Assembly: GCA_963842455.1 (NCBI GenBank)
Contig: CAWJHE010000005.1
Span: 21,909 to 85,908, forward strand
Length of the DNA stretch: 64,000 nt
Reading direction: 5' to 3'
Source: an uncultured Chloroflexia bacterium
Lineage (GTDB): Bacteria > Chloroflexota > Anaerolineae > Anaerolineales > UBA4823
The notes under the pieces are model-generated. The model was not told where the DNA came from. It saw only the letters and a program-made list of their open reading frames with translations, and ran no database searches. Made by a program: the position numbers and the translations under genes. The stretch's first letter is position 1; each line of letters opens with the position of its first letter. This document shows, piece after piece, positions 37,771 through 47,821 of the stretch.

Positions 37771-38139
37771 TTAGGCTGCTGGTGGGGTTATCCACTCAGG
37801 TTCTGGCGTGATATCGTCTTTAGGCGCTGGTCCGGTGTCTCCGTTCCATTCTGGATTGGTTTCTGCTGTGACCAGGGTAGTTAAATTCATGTCATGATCA
37901 CAGATAATCTGGCAAGATAAGCGTGCTTTTCCGAGCAGATCTCTGGCAACCAGACGGTCATACTCAGCCTGGGTCATCTTTTCCGGCTCACCTTCAATAA
38001 ATTCAACTCGGCAAGTCGTGCAGCGAGCATTTCCACCACAGCGGTGTCCAATGGCGACGCCCGATTCTTCTATAGCCAGTACCAAACGCTTCCCATTTTC
38101 AACTTCAATTGTTTTTCCGTTAACCGTTAGTTTTGGCAT
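37771..38139 (-). CDS. 2Fe-2S ferredoxin
   Basis: CGGNARCTTC...RLSCQ; GGGAG RBS. Confidence 0.9.
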   Translation of the reverse strand: MPKLTVNGKTIEVENGKRLVLAIEESGVAIGHRCGGNARCTTCRVEFIEGEPEKMTQAEYDRLVARDLLGKARLSCQIICDHDMNLTTLVTAETNPEWNGDTGPAPKDDITPEPEWITPPAA

Positions 38140-38287
38140 AAATTTCTCCCTTTTTAAATAATATATAGCTACGATTCCGCCAGGCTTGCTGAGTTATAGC
38201 ATACCCGTTGGCCTTTTTTATCATTATAATAGAAAATCTTGGGTCTTCGACTTTGAGAAAATGATTTTTTATGGTGCTCAAAGCATT

Positions 38288-38587
38288 TTACTCATTTGTG
38301 TTGTTCGACCGATCAGGCTGATGTCTTCGCTCGAGCTCGGCAGCAACCTGGGATGGCTGCAAACCACGGTAAGAGAGTAAAACGAAGACATGGTATAGCA
38401 AGTCTGATATTTCTTCAATCAAACGTGTATTCCCCTGGTTTTTGGCAGCCAGGATGATTTCAACAGCCTCTTCCCCGACCTTCTTGAGGATTTCATCCTC
38501 ACCAGCGTTTAGCAGTAGATTGGTATACGAACCTGGCTGTGGGTGGTTTTTCCGATCTTCAATGATGCGAAATAGTTGGTCAAACAT
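38288..38587 (-). CDS. hisE: Phosphoribosyl-ATP pyrophosphatase
   Basis: GSYT, KKVGEEAVE, EISDLLYH. Start MFDQL overlaps the end of hisI. Confidence 0.93.
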   Translation of the reverse strand: MFDQLFRIIEDRKNHPQPGSYTNLLLNAGEDEILKKVGEEAVEIILAAKNQGNTRLIEEISDLLYHVFVLLSYRGLQPSQVAAELERRHQPDRSNNTNE

Positions 38588-38906
38588 CGATTTCCTCCAA
38601 ATTTCGATAAAAACAAGTGGTTGCTCCGGTATGACATGCCGGACCATTAGGCGTGACCAGTAAGAGCAATGTGTCCTGATCGCAATCAACCAGGATGGAA
38701 TGGATTTTCATTGTGTTTCCGGAAGTCTCCCCTTTATGCCATAATTGTTTTCGGCTACGGCTCCAAAAATGTGCCTCACCAGTGTCAATCGTGAGTTGCA
38801 ATGCTTCGGCGTTCATCCAGGCAACCATTAAGACCTGGCGACTCTGGCTATCCTGAACGATGCAGGTGATGAGACCAGCCTGATCAAATTTGAGTTTCTT
38901 TTTCAT
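38580..38906 (-). CDS. hisI: Phosphoribosyl-AMP cyclohydrolase
   Basis: FWSRSRKQLWHKGETSG, DCDQD, ACHTGATTCF. Confidence 0.95.
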   Translation of the reverse strand: MKKKLKFDQAGLITCIVQDSQSRQVLMVAWMNAEALQLTIDTGEAHFWSRSRKQLWHKGETSGNTMKIHSILVDCDQDTLLLLVTPNGPACHTGATTCFYRNLEEIDV

Positions 38907-38957
38907 GGATTGCGCTCTTCCCAATAATGAATGTTTAGCATATACGGGATCATCGTT

Positions 38958-39734
38958 TTATGATGGATCAATGCCTACCGGTCGAACCGGTATGGAATGG
39001 TCCAATAGATATCTTTTCACCTGCCCAACCGTGAGTTGGTTGTCATGAAAAAGTGAAGCAGCCAGGGCGGCGTCCGCTTTGCCTTCTGTAAGCACCTGGG
39101 CAAAATGCTGTACATTGCCTGCTCCACCACTGGCGATCACTGGCACACGAACTGCATCGCAAACTGCCCGAGTTAAAGCGATATCATAACCAGCCAGTGT
39201 ACCATCAGCGTCCATGCTGGTCAGTAAAATTTCACCAGCACCCATTGTTTCTGCTTTCAGCGCCCATTCTAAGGCATCCAGACCTGTTGGCGTCCTGCCG
39301 CCGTGGATATAGACCTCCCAACGGTCTTCATCACACTTTCTGGCATCCAAGGCCAACACGATACATTGGCTGCCGAATTTTTCTGCCCCTTCACTCAGCA
39401 ACTGAGGATTCTTCACAGCAGCGGTATTTATGCTAATTTTGTCGGCCCCAGAGAGCAGGGTCTTGCGGATATCATCCAGGCTGCGGATACCACCGCCTAC
39501 TGTGAGGGGAAGAAATATCTCATCTGCGACCTGCTGCACTTTGTCTAATGTGGTGTTGCGGTTTTCTGGGCTGGCTGAAATATCAAGAAATACAAGCTCG
39601 TCGGCCCCCATTCTGTCATAGATACGTGCGTTCTCAACGGGATCACCGGCGTCTCTCAAGTTGATGAAATTCACGCCTTTTACCACTCTTCCGTCTTTTA
39701 CATCCAGGCAAGGGATGATTCTTTTTGCTAGCAT
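38958..39734 (-). CDS. hisF: Imidazole glycerol phosphate synthase cyclase subunit
   Basis: [30 protein letters not shown]. Confidence 0.97.
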   Translation of the reverse strand: MLAKRIIPCLDVKDGRVVKGVNFINLRDAGDPVENARIYDRMGADELVFLDISASPENRNTTLDKVQQVADEIFLPLTVGGGIRSLDDIRKTLLSGADKISINTAAVKNPQLLSEGAEKFGSQCIVLALDARKCDEDRWEVYIHGGRTPTGLDALEWALKAETMGAGEILLTSMDADGTLAGYDIALTRAVCDAVRVPVIASGGAGNVQHFAQVLTEGKADAALAASLFHDNQLTVGQVKRYLLDHSIPVRPVGIDPS

Positions 39735-39768
39735 AGGTTTTTCTCCTTGACTGCGCTACGATGTGCCA

Positions 39769-40521
39769 TTAGGTTTGATAAGCCAGGGCATCACTCAGAC
39801 TGATTTTTTGATCATAGAGTGCTTTGCCGATGATCACACCAGACAGACCCGCCTGTTGAGATCGCTTGACATCCTCAATTGAGGCAACTCCTCCAGATGC
39901 GATCACCTCCAGGCCTGTATCGAGCGAAAATTGTCGGGTAGCGGGAATGTTCAGACCTGCGCCGCCCCCGTCCCGGCTGATATCCGTAAAAATACAGGTG
40001 CGCAATCCCATTTGATAAAATCGCTGACCTAATTCAACGGGTGTTTCTTCCACAGGTTTTACCCATCCACGGATAAATACCATTTGGTCTTTCACATCCA
40101 CTGCCAGCGCTAAACATGATGATCCAAATTCCTCGAGAGCTTGGGCAATAATTTTGGGATTTTCAACTGCTGAACTGCCAAGGATTACCCGATTGACTCC
40201 CGAGGAAAGTAATTGACGAATATCGTTCAGAGAACGAACCCCGCCGCCCCATTGGATCGAGACTTCTATTGGGGATGTTGAGAACATGGTTAGAATGCGT
40301 TCCAAAGCCTGCAGGTTTTGATGGGTTGCCTCGCCAAAAGCGCCATCCAAATTGACCACATGCAACCATTTTGCACCCATTTCGATCCATTTTTGAGCAG
40401 TTTTTGCTGGATCTTGATCGTAAATGGTCTGCCGGTTTGGATCCCCTTGTACCAGACGGACTACCTGTCCCTGGCGCAAGTCAATGGCCGGATAGATTGT
40501 GAAATGGGGCGAGTTAGTCAT
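39769..40521 (-). CDS. hisA: ProFAR isomerase
   Basis: IYPAIDL, VRLVQG, HVVNLDGA, GGGVR, TDISRDG, IIGKALY. Confidence 0.95.
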   Translation of the reverse strand: MTNSPHFTIYPAIDLRQGQVVRLVQGDPNRQTIYDQDPAKTAQKWIEMGAKWLHVVNLDGAFGEATHQNLQALERILTMFSTSPIEVSIQWGGGVRSLNDIRQLLSSGVNRVILGSSAVENPKIIAQALEEFGSSCLALAVDVKDQMVFIRGWVKPVEETPVELGQRFYQMGLRTCIFTDISRDGGGAGLNIPATRQFSLDTGLEVIASGGVASIEDVKRSQQAGLSGVIIGKALYDQKISLSDALAYQT

Positions 40522-41171
40522 GATATTAGCTCCGTGAAGTTTTGTAGAATTTGCAGTCCAACATGTTGGCTTTTTTCAGGGTGAAATTGCACTCCAAACA
40601 GGTTGTTTCTACCGACAACTGAGGCAAAAATAGCCCCATACTCTGTGGTGGCTAAGCAATCCTGGTCATCTGCAGGTTGGCAATAAAAGCCATGGTTGAA
40701 GTAAGCATAACTCCCAATGGGTAACCCGTTTAGCAAAGGGTTATCTTGTGTTGGATTAATTTGGTTCCAACCTGTATGCGGTATTTTCAGAGAAGTGTCA
40801 TTGATGCGTCTAACGCAGCCTTGTAAAAAACCCAGGCCTTTCATATCGGGGGCTTCATCACTGTTTTCAAAAAAGAGTTGCATACCTAAACAAATTCCTA
40901 AAAAAGGTTTTCCTTGCTGGTACGCTTCCACTAAAGAGGAAATAAGCTCATATTTTTCCAGGCCGAGCATGCCATCTCTGAATGCGCCCACGCCGGGCAA
41001 CACAATTTTGGAAGCGGAGCGGATATCCTGTGCAGATGAGGTCAGGCGAACCTGAGCGCCTACAGAAATCAGCGCTTTTTCAACGGAGCGCAGGTTCCCA
41101 ATGCCATAGTCTACCAGGGCAATCAGCCCCCGGTTTCTGTGTTCATAACTGGTTAAGATGTTGTCAGCCAT
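40518..41171 (-). CDS. hisH: IGP synthase glutamine amidotransferase subunit
   Basis: DYGIGNLRSV, PGVGAF, GICLGMQ, QFHPEKS. Confidence 0.96.
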   Translation of the reverse strand: MADNILTSYEHRNRGLIALVDYGIGNLRSVEKALISVGAQVRLTSSAQDIRSASKIVLPGVGAFRDGMLGLEKYELISSLVEAYQQGKPFLGICLGMQLFFENSDEAPDMKGLGFLQGCVRRINDTSLKIPHTGWNQINPTQDNPLLNGLPIGSYAYFNHGFYCQPADDQDCLATTEYGAIFASVVGRNNLFGVQFHPEKSQHVGLQILQNFTELIS

Positions 41172-41187
41172 TTGGGTGATCCCTTAT

Positions 41188-41778
41188 TTAGACCAGTGTA
41201 CCTTTGGTACTGGGAACAGTACCCAGGCGGCGCTGGTCAAACCGGGTAGCATCGCACAAAGCGCGGCCGAGTGCTTTGAATAAAGCTTCTGCCTGGTGGT
41301 GGTCGTCGCGCCCGTAAAGGATGCGGGCATGTAGATTGGCGCGCGCATGTATTGCCAGGCTCTCAAAGAAGTGCGTGAAAAGACTGGTAGGAATGTCGTG
41401 GATAGCAGGTGTCCGCCATTCAACCTGAATGACCGGGTATGGTCTCCCAGAAAGATCCAACGCTACAAAAGCCAGGGTTTCATCCATGGGAACATAAGCA
41501 GATGCCATGCGCACGATGCCTTTGCGATCATCCAAAGCCTTGTCGAGCGCCTGTCCAAGCACAATGGCGATATCTTCTACGGTGTGATGATAATCCACAT
41601 CTAAATCGCCTTGGGCTTTGATGTCCAGGTCAAAAAGACCGTGAACGGCGATGTGGGTGAGCATGTGGTTGATGAAGCCAATGCCGGTATCTATTTTATG
41701 CTTACCGGTCCCATCCAGGTTTATTCGAACAGATACATCTGTTTCCAGGGTTTTTCGGGTAATTTCTGCAATTCTCAT
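41188..41778 (-). CDS. hisB: Imidazoleglycerol-phosphate dehydratase (monofunctional)
   Basis: [32 protein letters not shown]. Confidence 0.96.
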   Translation of the reverse strand: MRIAEITRKTLETDVSVRINLDGTGKHKIDTGIGFINHMLTHIAVHGLFDLDIKAQGDLDVDYHHTVEDIAIVLGQALDKALDDRKGIVRMASAYVPMDETLAFVALDLSGRPYPVIQVEWRTPAIHDIPTSLFTHFFESLAIHARANLHARILYGRDDHHQAEALFKALGRALCDATRFDQRRLGTVPSTKGTLV

Positions 41779-41780
41779 GT

Positions 41781-42887
41781 CTACTCCATTGATCTGAGGA
41801 AACTTATCAGGCTGTCATCCTGTTGCGGGGTTCCGACACTGAAGCGGATATGATCTTGAAGACCAGGTTTATTGAAGTGGCGTACCAGGATTCCTGCTTG
41901 CGCAAGTTCGTTTTTTAACTGCAAAGCATCTTTTCCAAGCACTTTACAGAGGATGAAATTTGTTTTCGATGGGTATGGCTGCAACCAGGTTATTTCAGCG
42001 AGCAATTTCGTAAGGCGTTCTCTCTCTTTGATAATTCTTTCACCCAATTCAGCGAGCTCTTGATGGTGATCAAGGGCCAAACAGGCAGCCGCCGCTGCAG
42101 TGACAGAGACATTATAAGGTTGTTTACATTTCCATAAAAAGGGCATTAAGGTAGTTGGAAATGCACCATAGCCCACGCGTAAACCGGCTAAGCCTGCCCA
42201 TTTGCTGAAAGTACGCAGGACGACCAGGTTATTATAGCGGGTTACCTGTTGGATCAGGCTAGTATTGGGTCCGGAAAATTCGTTGTATGCTTCATCCAGG
42301 ACCAGGATGAGCGCCTGGTCCAGTATCTGCTCGATTTCATGTATGGGCGTCAGACTCCCGTCTGGATTGTTCGGAGATGCCAGGAAGAGTAATTTTGGGC
42401 GATGCTTTGCAATAGCTTCTTGGATAGCCGGTAAATCCAGGCTGAAATCCGGTTTGCGAGGGATATTGATCACTTGCGCAGCCTGCAATTGGGCATCAAA
42501 GGCATACATGCCAAAAGTTGGCGGGCAGTTAATAATGGCATCACCTGGATCGACGATTACCCGCAGGATAAGATCGATCAATTCATCTGCGCCAGCTCCA
42601 GCCATGAGATTATCGATGGGAACATGGTGGAACTGGGACAGCTTTTGTCTGAGAAGGCGGGATTCGGGGTCAGGGTAAATATGTAAGTGTGACTCCTTTG
42701 GAAATGCCTTTTGGATGGCTGGGATGGTTCCATAAGGATTTTCGTTGGCATCCAGCTTAATCAGAGCATCGATTGGCAATTCCAGTTGTTCGGAGAGCAC
42801 TTCATATGGAAGGATGGGTTCGTACGCCGGCATCTCCCGCAAATGAGGGCGTACCAACCGGGAGACTTCTTGAGAGTCAAGCGGCAT
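41781..42887 (-). CDS. hisC: Histidinol-phosphate aminotransferase
   Basis: [42 protein letters not shown]. Start trimmed to MPLDSQ, just after the hisD stop. Confidence 0.95.
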   Translation of the reverse strand: MPLDSQEVSRLVRPHLREMPAYEPILPYEVLSEQLELPIDALIKLDANENPYGTIPAIQKAFPKESHLHIYPDPESRLLRQKLSQFHHVPIDNLMAGAGADELIDLILRVIVDPGDAIINCPPTFGMYAFDAQLQAAQVINIPRKPDFSLDLPAIQEAIAKHRPKLLFLASPNNPDGSLTPIHEIEQILDQALILVLDEAYNEFSGPNTSLIQQVTRYNNLVVLRTFSKWAGLAGLRVGYGAFPTTLMPFLWKCKQPYNVSVTAAAAACLALDHHQELAELGERIIKERERLTKLLAEITWLQPYPSKTNFILCKVLGKDALQLKNELAQAGILVRHFNKPGLQDHIRFSVGTPQQDDSLISFLRSME

Positions 42888-42888
42888 C

Positions 42889-44202
42889 TTATGCATCCCT
42901 TCTTTTGATGGCGGCAGACGCATGGGCAGATAGCGACTCTGCCTGGGCAATTTCTGCCGCAGACGCGCTGAGTTGCTTGCCGGTGATTGGATCCAGTTGG
43001 ATGATGCTGTTGAGTTTAACAAAATCAAGGACATTCAACGGTGAGGCAAAACGAGCTGTACCGCTGGTGGGCATCACATGGCTGGGTCCAGCCACATAAT
43101 CGCCCAAAACTTCAAATGAGTATTCACCAAAGAAAAGCCCACCTGAGTGACGGATGAGCTTTGCCAACTCCCCAGGGTTTTTAACAGCCAGACAAAGGTG
43201 TTCAGGCGCATACTGGTTAGCCAGGGAAGCTGCTGTGGGTAAATCTGGCGTTAGAACAATGCCCCCCTGGTTCGCCAGGGATTGGGCAATAAGATCGGAC
43301 CGTGAAAGAGTCTCTAACTGGCGGGCAACTTCGACCTGGACGGCATCTGCCAGGTCTTGGTCGGTCGTCAGGAGAATCGCGGATGCCAGTAAATCGTGTT
43401 CTGCCTGGGCCAGTAAATCGGCCGCGACCCAACCGGGAGTAGCAGTGTGGTCAGCGATGATCATGGTTTCGGTCGGTCCTGCCAGACCATCCAGACCGAC
43501 GATCCCAAAAACTTGTTGTTTCGCCAGGGTGACAAACAGGTTACCAGCTCCGACGATTTTATCGACTTTGGGGACAGTTTGGGTGCCGAAGGCCATCGCG
43601 GCGATAGCCTGAGCCCCGCCAATGGTATATACCTTTGAGATACCACACAGATAGGCGGCTGCCAGGATGGTCGGGTGTGGGTCGGGTGGTGTGCATACAA
43701 CAATCTCCGAGACTCCAGCTACCTGGGCGGGGATGACCGACATCAACAAGGATGATGGGAGCGGAGCGGTACCGCCAGGGACGTAAACGCCGATACGATC
43801 AATTGGAGTAAAGCGCTGACCTACAACGCCACCCATACTGGTGGTCTGCCAGCTTGGGATAGGCTGTAACTGGTGAAATGTCCTGATTCTCTCGCTAGCC
43901 AGTCGTAAGGCTTTGACCAATTCGTTCGATAAGGATTGGTAGGCTTCTTTTAATGCCTCGCCTTCGATAACCAGGCTCCCTAAATTTTTCCGATCCAGTA
44001 GCTGAGACCATTTCAAGATGGCAGCATCACCTTCGCTGCGTATCGAAGCGATGATGCGTTGTACAGCTCCGGGCGGGGTAACTCCTTTGCCAAAAAGCTC
44101 CTCGGTACGTTGGATTAATGCATCGGGATAGTGCTGATCCAAAATCGGTTTACGCAATAATATGGTTTCTTGCGCTTGATCAATTGAATATTGTTTGATC
44201 AT
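42889..44202 (-). CDS. hisD: Histidinol dehydrogenase
   Basis: YVPGG, GGAQAIAA, AGPTE, QAEHD, APEHL, GDYVAGPSHVMPT. GGAGG precedes ATG 44202. Confidence 0.96.
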   Translation of the reverse strand: MIKQYSIDQAQETILLRKPILDQHYPDALIQRTEELFGKGVTPPGAVQRIIASIRSEGDAAILKWSQLLDRKNLGSLVIEGEALKEAYQSLSNELVKALRLASERIRTFHQLQPIPSWQTTSMGGVVGQRFTPIDRIGVYVPGGTAPLPSSLLMSVIPAQVAGVSEIVVCTPPDPHPTILAAAYLCGISKVYTIGGAQAIAAMAFGTQTVPKVDKIVGAGNLFVTLAKQQVFGIVGLDGLAGPTETMIIADHTATPGWVAADLLAQAEHDLLASAILLTTDQDLADAVQVEVARQLETLSRSDLIAQSLANQGGIVLTPDLPTAASLANQYAPEHLCLAVKNPGELAKLIRHSGGLFFGEYSFEVLGDYVAGPSHVMPTSGTARFASPLNVLDFVKLNSIIQLDPITGKQLSASAAEIAQAESLSAHASAAIKRRDA

Positions 44203-44203
44203 A

Positions 44204-45211
44204 TTATTCCTCCATTGCAGATAAAAGGTCTTTGAAGGCCTGTGGTTCTTCTTCGAAGATGTAATGAACTGGCGCAACGACCACTCCGCTGCCGCCTACC
44301 TGGCGGATTTCATTGATAGCTACAGGCAGCTGGTCTTTCCGGACGATTAGATGTACAGCATGCCAATTGCCTTCTTCGCGAGTGATGACTGGGGAGATGG
44401 TGGGACCCTGTAAGCCACCTATTACTTTTTGGGAAAATATTTTTTGGGCAATCACTTGGGGCGATTCGCCGCGTACATTGGCAAATATGGATACATTTTC
44501 TGACCCTCGCAGGTAGGCAACAATAATTTCTAACAGCTGGCGCGCCATTGCCAGAACCTCTGGTCTTTGTTTTAGTGCTGATCGATTGGCGACCAGGCAA
44601 GCCTGAGAGCGAAGAATTAACCCATCTTCAATCATTTTCAGGCGGTTATCTCGCAAGGTGGTTCCGGTGGAAATTAGATCGGCAATAATGTCTGCGTAAC
44701 CAATAATGGGGGCTATTTCAAGTGTGCCTTCAGCAGAGATCATTTCAATTTGGGAGATTCCGTTTTCCAGGAAGAAAGCTTTTGTCAGGTTTGGGAATTT
44801 GGTCGCCACGCGTAAAGGGTGGTCAAGCTCTTTTTGCCAGCCAGCCAGGTCTTTCATGGTGGAGACATTCTGCATGGATTCTGGCACAATCACATTCAGA
44901 GTGCATTTGCTGACCTTAAGTTCATCCAGTAAGACCATGATGTTTCCATTTTCGGAACGCCTCTCTGAGACAATATCCCACCCACTGATGCCAAAATCTA
45001 CACTTCCATCCCGTACACTGGTGACAATATCTCCGCTGCGTTGAAAGAGGACCGTTAACTCAGGCAAGGAAGGGATAAATGCCCGGTACTGACGGGGATT
45101 AGGTTTGTAGACCTGTAGCCCTGCCCTGGTGAGCATTTCCAGGACTTCTTCTGCCATGCGTCCTTTGCTGGGTAGCGCCAGTCTGATTTCATTTCGACTA
45201 TTCATTGACAT
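44204..45211 (-). CDS. hisG: ATP phosphoribosyltransferase, long form
   Basis: LALPSKGRM, VATKFP, GTLEIAP, DLISTGTTLRDNRL, C-terminal regulatory domain with GPTISPV. Confidence 0.95.
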   Translation of the reverse strand: MSMNSRNEIRLALPSKGRMAEEVLEMLTRAGLQVYKPNPRQYRAFIPSLPELTVLFQRSGDIVTSVRDGSVDFGISGWDIVSERRSENGNIMVLLDELKVSKCTLNVIVPESMQNVSTMKDLAGWQKELDHPLRVATKFPNLTKAFFLENGISQIEMISAEGTLEIAPIIGYADIIADLISTGTTLRDNRLKMIEDGLILRSQACLVANRSALKQRPEVLAMARQLLEIIVAYLRGSENVSIFANVRGESPQVIAQKIFSQKVIGGLQGPTISPVITREEGNWHAVHLIVRKDQLPVAINEIRQVGGSGVVVAPVHYIFEEEPQAFKDLLSAMEE

Positions 45212-45231
45212 ATTCTTTTTCTCCGTAAGAT

Positions 45232-45259
45232 AAAAAAACGCCCTCCTGCTGGAGAGCGC
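45232..45259 (-). terminator. Attenuator terminator of the his operon
   Basis: mRNA GCGCUCUCC-AGCA-GGAGGGCG followed by U7, about 20 nt before hisG. Confidence 0.85.
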
Positions 45260-45292
45260 TTTAGGAAAATGGAATTTCGTGACTTGATTAAC

Positions 45293-45379
45293 CTAATCCT
45301 TAAAAACGACCACTCCAGCCGTGAGGTTGGATGAATGATGATGGTCGTGATGATGGATGGGCGAAAAGGTGAATAACAT
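45293..45379 (-). CDS. hisL: His operon leader peptide (28 aa, not in the ORF track)
   Basis: MLFTFSPIHHHDHHHSSNLTAGVVVFKD*: six His in seven codons, located between the promoter and the terminator. Confidence 0.88.
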   Translation of the reverse strand: MLFTFSPIHHHDHHHSSNLTAGVVVFKD

Positions 45380-45389
45380 GATGGGCAGC

Positions 45390-45418
45390 ATTGTAACGTA
45401 TTTGTTAAGATCATGCAA
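45390..45418 (-). promoter_or_regulatory. His operon promoter
   Basis: Minus strand TTGCAT, 17 bp, TACAAT; 10 nt before the leader ATG. Confidence 0.7.
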
Positions 45419-45424
45419 GCTTTT

Positions 45425-47821
45425 TTACAGGTGAGATTTTTCGATGCGCTTTCTGATTGAATTCCAAAGGTGCACCATGAGTAACCTGGCCCTAATCGAC
45501 CACCAAGCCTTGATGATTTGTTCTTGGTGTTTCACATCGAGAGGGAATGGGCTATAGCTGGCAAGATTGTAATTCTGGATGATTGCACGAATCTTTGGAT
45601 TCTTCTCTTTCAGAAGCCAAACAACCAGGCTATTCTTCTTCTGTGTCTCCAGATAATTCGAGTATTCTTTCATTAATTCGTTGGGAGTAAGGTTGGGTTG
45701 AAATTGAACATCTAACTGCTTCGACAGATTAAGAAACCGGCGATAAACAATTGCAGTGGTTTGTGATGGGGTTAAATGAGTCAATCGACGCCTGTCTACC
45801 GTTGTGAATATAGCTATTGCGAGAAAAATGGTTCCAACAACAGCAAGGGAACTGAGCAGCCATTTCTTCACAGGAAAATTAGATTGTGGGTTAATCTGGA
45901 GAAACTGTGAATTGCTATCTTCCCAGAGTTCAATTGGCTTACTGATAGGTCTGGTAATACCTTCAATGCCGGCGGTCGGCTCAAATTCGATCCAGCCAAT
46001 GCCAGGAAAATAGATTTCCACCCAAGAATGTGCATCCGCCTCGGTGATGATGTATCGTTGTTCATCTTGATTGAACAAGCCGCTGGTGTAACCGATTACC
46101 AGCCGGGCAGGTATGCCTGCTGCACGCGCCATAACCGTCATTGCTGTAGCATAATAATCGCAATAACCGCTCTTTAAATCAAACAAAAAATAGGCGCTAA
46201 TGTCGCCTGTTTCAGGTGGGGGTGGAATTTGTAAAGAATATGGATAACCCCTCAGAAAGTCTTCCAGAGCCCTGGCTTTGTCATACGGGGTAGGTTTGTC
46301 CTGAGTAATTTGTTCGGCAAGATCTCGTACTTGATCGGGAAAATCATCCGGCAACTGCAAATAACGATCCAAAATCCATTGGGGATATTCCATGTTCGCT
46401 TCCCTTAATTGGGTTTCTCCGGTTAAGGGAAGTAATGAATCTACCATGAGATTGTTAATATCGCTCGTATTTTGACTGGTCAGGGCATAAAGATCCAGCG
46501 TTTCGTTGGGTGTTTCTCGAATTTCTATTTCTGAAGGTTGGCTCACCTTGAAAGGGGTGCCCGAATGATAGAGAACACTTCCTGGTTGCAGACCAAATTG
46601 TATGGTCTGTGAAATCTGGAGTTGCCCAGACATTTCCGCTTGAATGATTGAATCTTCCGCCTCAAGCCTTTGACGTGTGGTAGCGCTGGTACTCCAACCC
46701 CGACCGGTATATTGATCGTAAATCACAGATTTGAAATAGAGCTGTTGGAACATCGACTTGTCCTGAATGTCGAGGTTTTCAAGTTCAGGTTGGTTGATTT
46801 GGATGATCAGAGCTACTTGTTTACTCAGTTCAGGTGAGGAGCCGATGAGATGGCTACGCGGTAATGTTCCAGGGTCATTAGAAATGATTGAGGTTGACCC
46901 TGATGCCTGTATCTCCAGTCCCAAAGCCTGGCCTATTTCCTGGCTGTCGCTGGTGCTTCGGGCTGCGTATTCTCTGGCAGTCCGTAATATTTCCTGTGGA
47001 GAAAAAAGGGAAAATAAAAGGGAAAAAAGGATGACCACTGTGGTTATGGCCAATACCCACATCGCAGAATCTGCAGCGATGTCTTCCGCGACATCTGTTT
47101 GCCGGCTCTGCCATTGGTGGTTAAGCAGGTGAAATTGGTTCCATGCCAACAGTAAAAAGAGGCCACCTGCAAAAGGGACCAGGAAATAGGTGGAGCCGCG
47201 AGAATATGAAAGACTGCCAGCAAAAATGATGCCTGCCGGAAGGATGCTAACAAGAGTCAGGTTGGATCGCCGGTAGCACAATGCTGCCCAACTGGCTACG
47301 TACCAGAGCGCCAGAGCCCATAGCAGGGAGGTTACTTCAGAATCATAATTCGGCACGCCTGATAACAAATTCCGCCACCAACCAGAAAATGTAGACAGTA
47401 AATGACCAAGTTTTTGGGCTATATCTCCAGACAAGACGATGAGTGGGCTTGCATCTGGAATGACGTTTTCTGTAAGGGAGAGAATAGATTGCCAGGCAAA
47501 CCTGATGCTTTCACGCAGAAGAAAGTAGAAAAGGCTCCACAACTTAAGTGTGTTGATAACTACAAATAGCGTGCCGGCCAGGCTGGCAATGGCCATCGAA
47601 AAGAAAATATGTAATTGACTTCTGCCTAACAGCCAACCGGTTAACAAAGCCAGGCAGGCTGTGGTGATGAGAGCGCCTTCGTTGGCAAAGAGCAGGATAT
47701 TCTGCAACCCAAATACAAAACTAAGCACCATAAAAGTAATCAATGAAAATGGAATGATGGTATCTATCCCAATTCTTTGAATCACCCAACCTGCTCCACG
47801 GTGCATTACTTTTCCGATCAT
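45425..47821 (-). CDS. Membrane-bound transglutaminase-like protein (TgpA-type)
   Basis: Multi-TM N-terminus; GYCDYYATAM, GIPARLVIGY, HSWVEIYFPGIGWIEFEPT. ATGA overlap with the DUF58 stop. Confidence 0.88.
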   Translation of the reverse strand: MIGKVMHRGAGWVIQRIGIDTIIPFSLITFMVLSFVFGLQNILLFANEGALITTACLALLTGWLLGRSQLHIFFSMAIASLAGTLFVVINTLKLWSLFYFLLRESIRFAWQSILSLTENVIPDASPLIVLSGDIAQKLGHLLSTFSGWWRNLLSGVPNYDSEVTSLLWALALWYVASWAALCYRRSNLTLVSILPAGIIFAGSLSYSRGSTYFLVPFAGGLFLLLAWNQFHLLNHQWQSRQTDVAEDIAADSAMWVLAITTVVILFSLLFSLFSPQEILRTAREYAARSTSDSQEIGQALGLEIQASGSTSIISNDPGTLPRSHLIGSSPELSKQVALIIQINQPELENLDIQDKSMFQQLYFKSVIYDQYTGRGWSTSATTRQRLEAEDSIIQAEMSGQLQISQTIQFGLQPGSVLYHSGTPFKVSQPSEIEIRETPNETLDLYALTSQNTSDINNLMVDSLLPLTGETQLREANMEYPQWILDRYLQLPDDFPDQVRDLAEQITQDKPTPYDKARALEDFLRGYPYSLQIPPPPETGDISAYFLFDLKSGYCDYYATAMTVMARAAGIPARLVIGYTSGLFNQDEQRYIITEADAHSWVEIYFPGIGWIEFEPTAGIEGITRPISKPIELWEDSNSQFLQINPQSNFPVKKWLLSSLAVVGTIFLAIAIFTTVDRRRLTHLTPSQTTAIVYRRFLNLSKQLDVQFQPNLTPNELMKEYSNYLETQKKNSLVVWLLKEKNPKIRAIIQNYNLASYSPFPLDVKHQEQIIKAWWSIRARLLMVHLWNSIRKRIEKSHL

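Noticed and set aside
45202-45414. 70-aa minus-strand ORF in the his leader
   Set aside because: Wrong frame: it runs through the promoter and terminator, and the His-rich frame explains the region.
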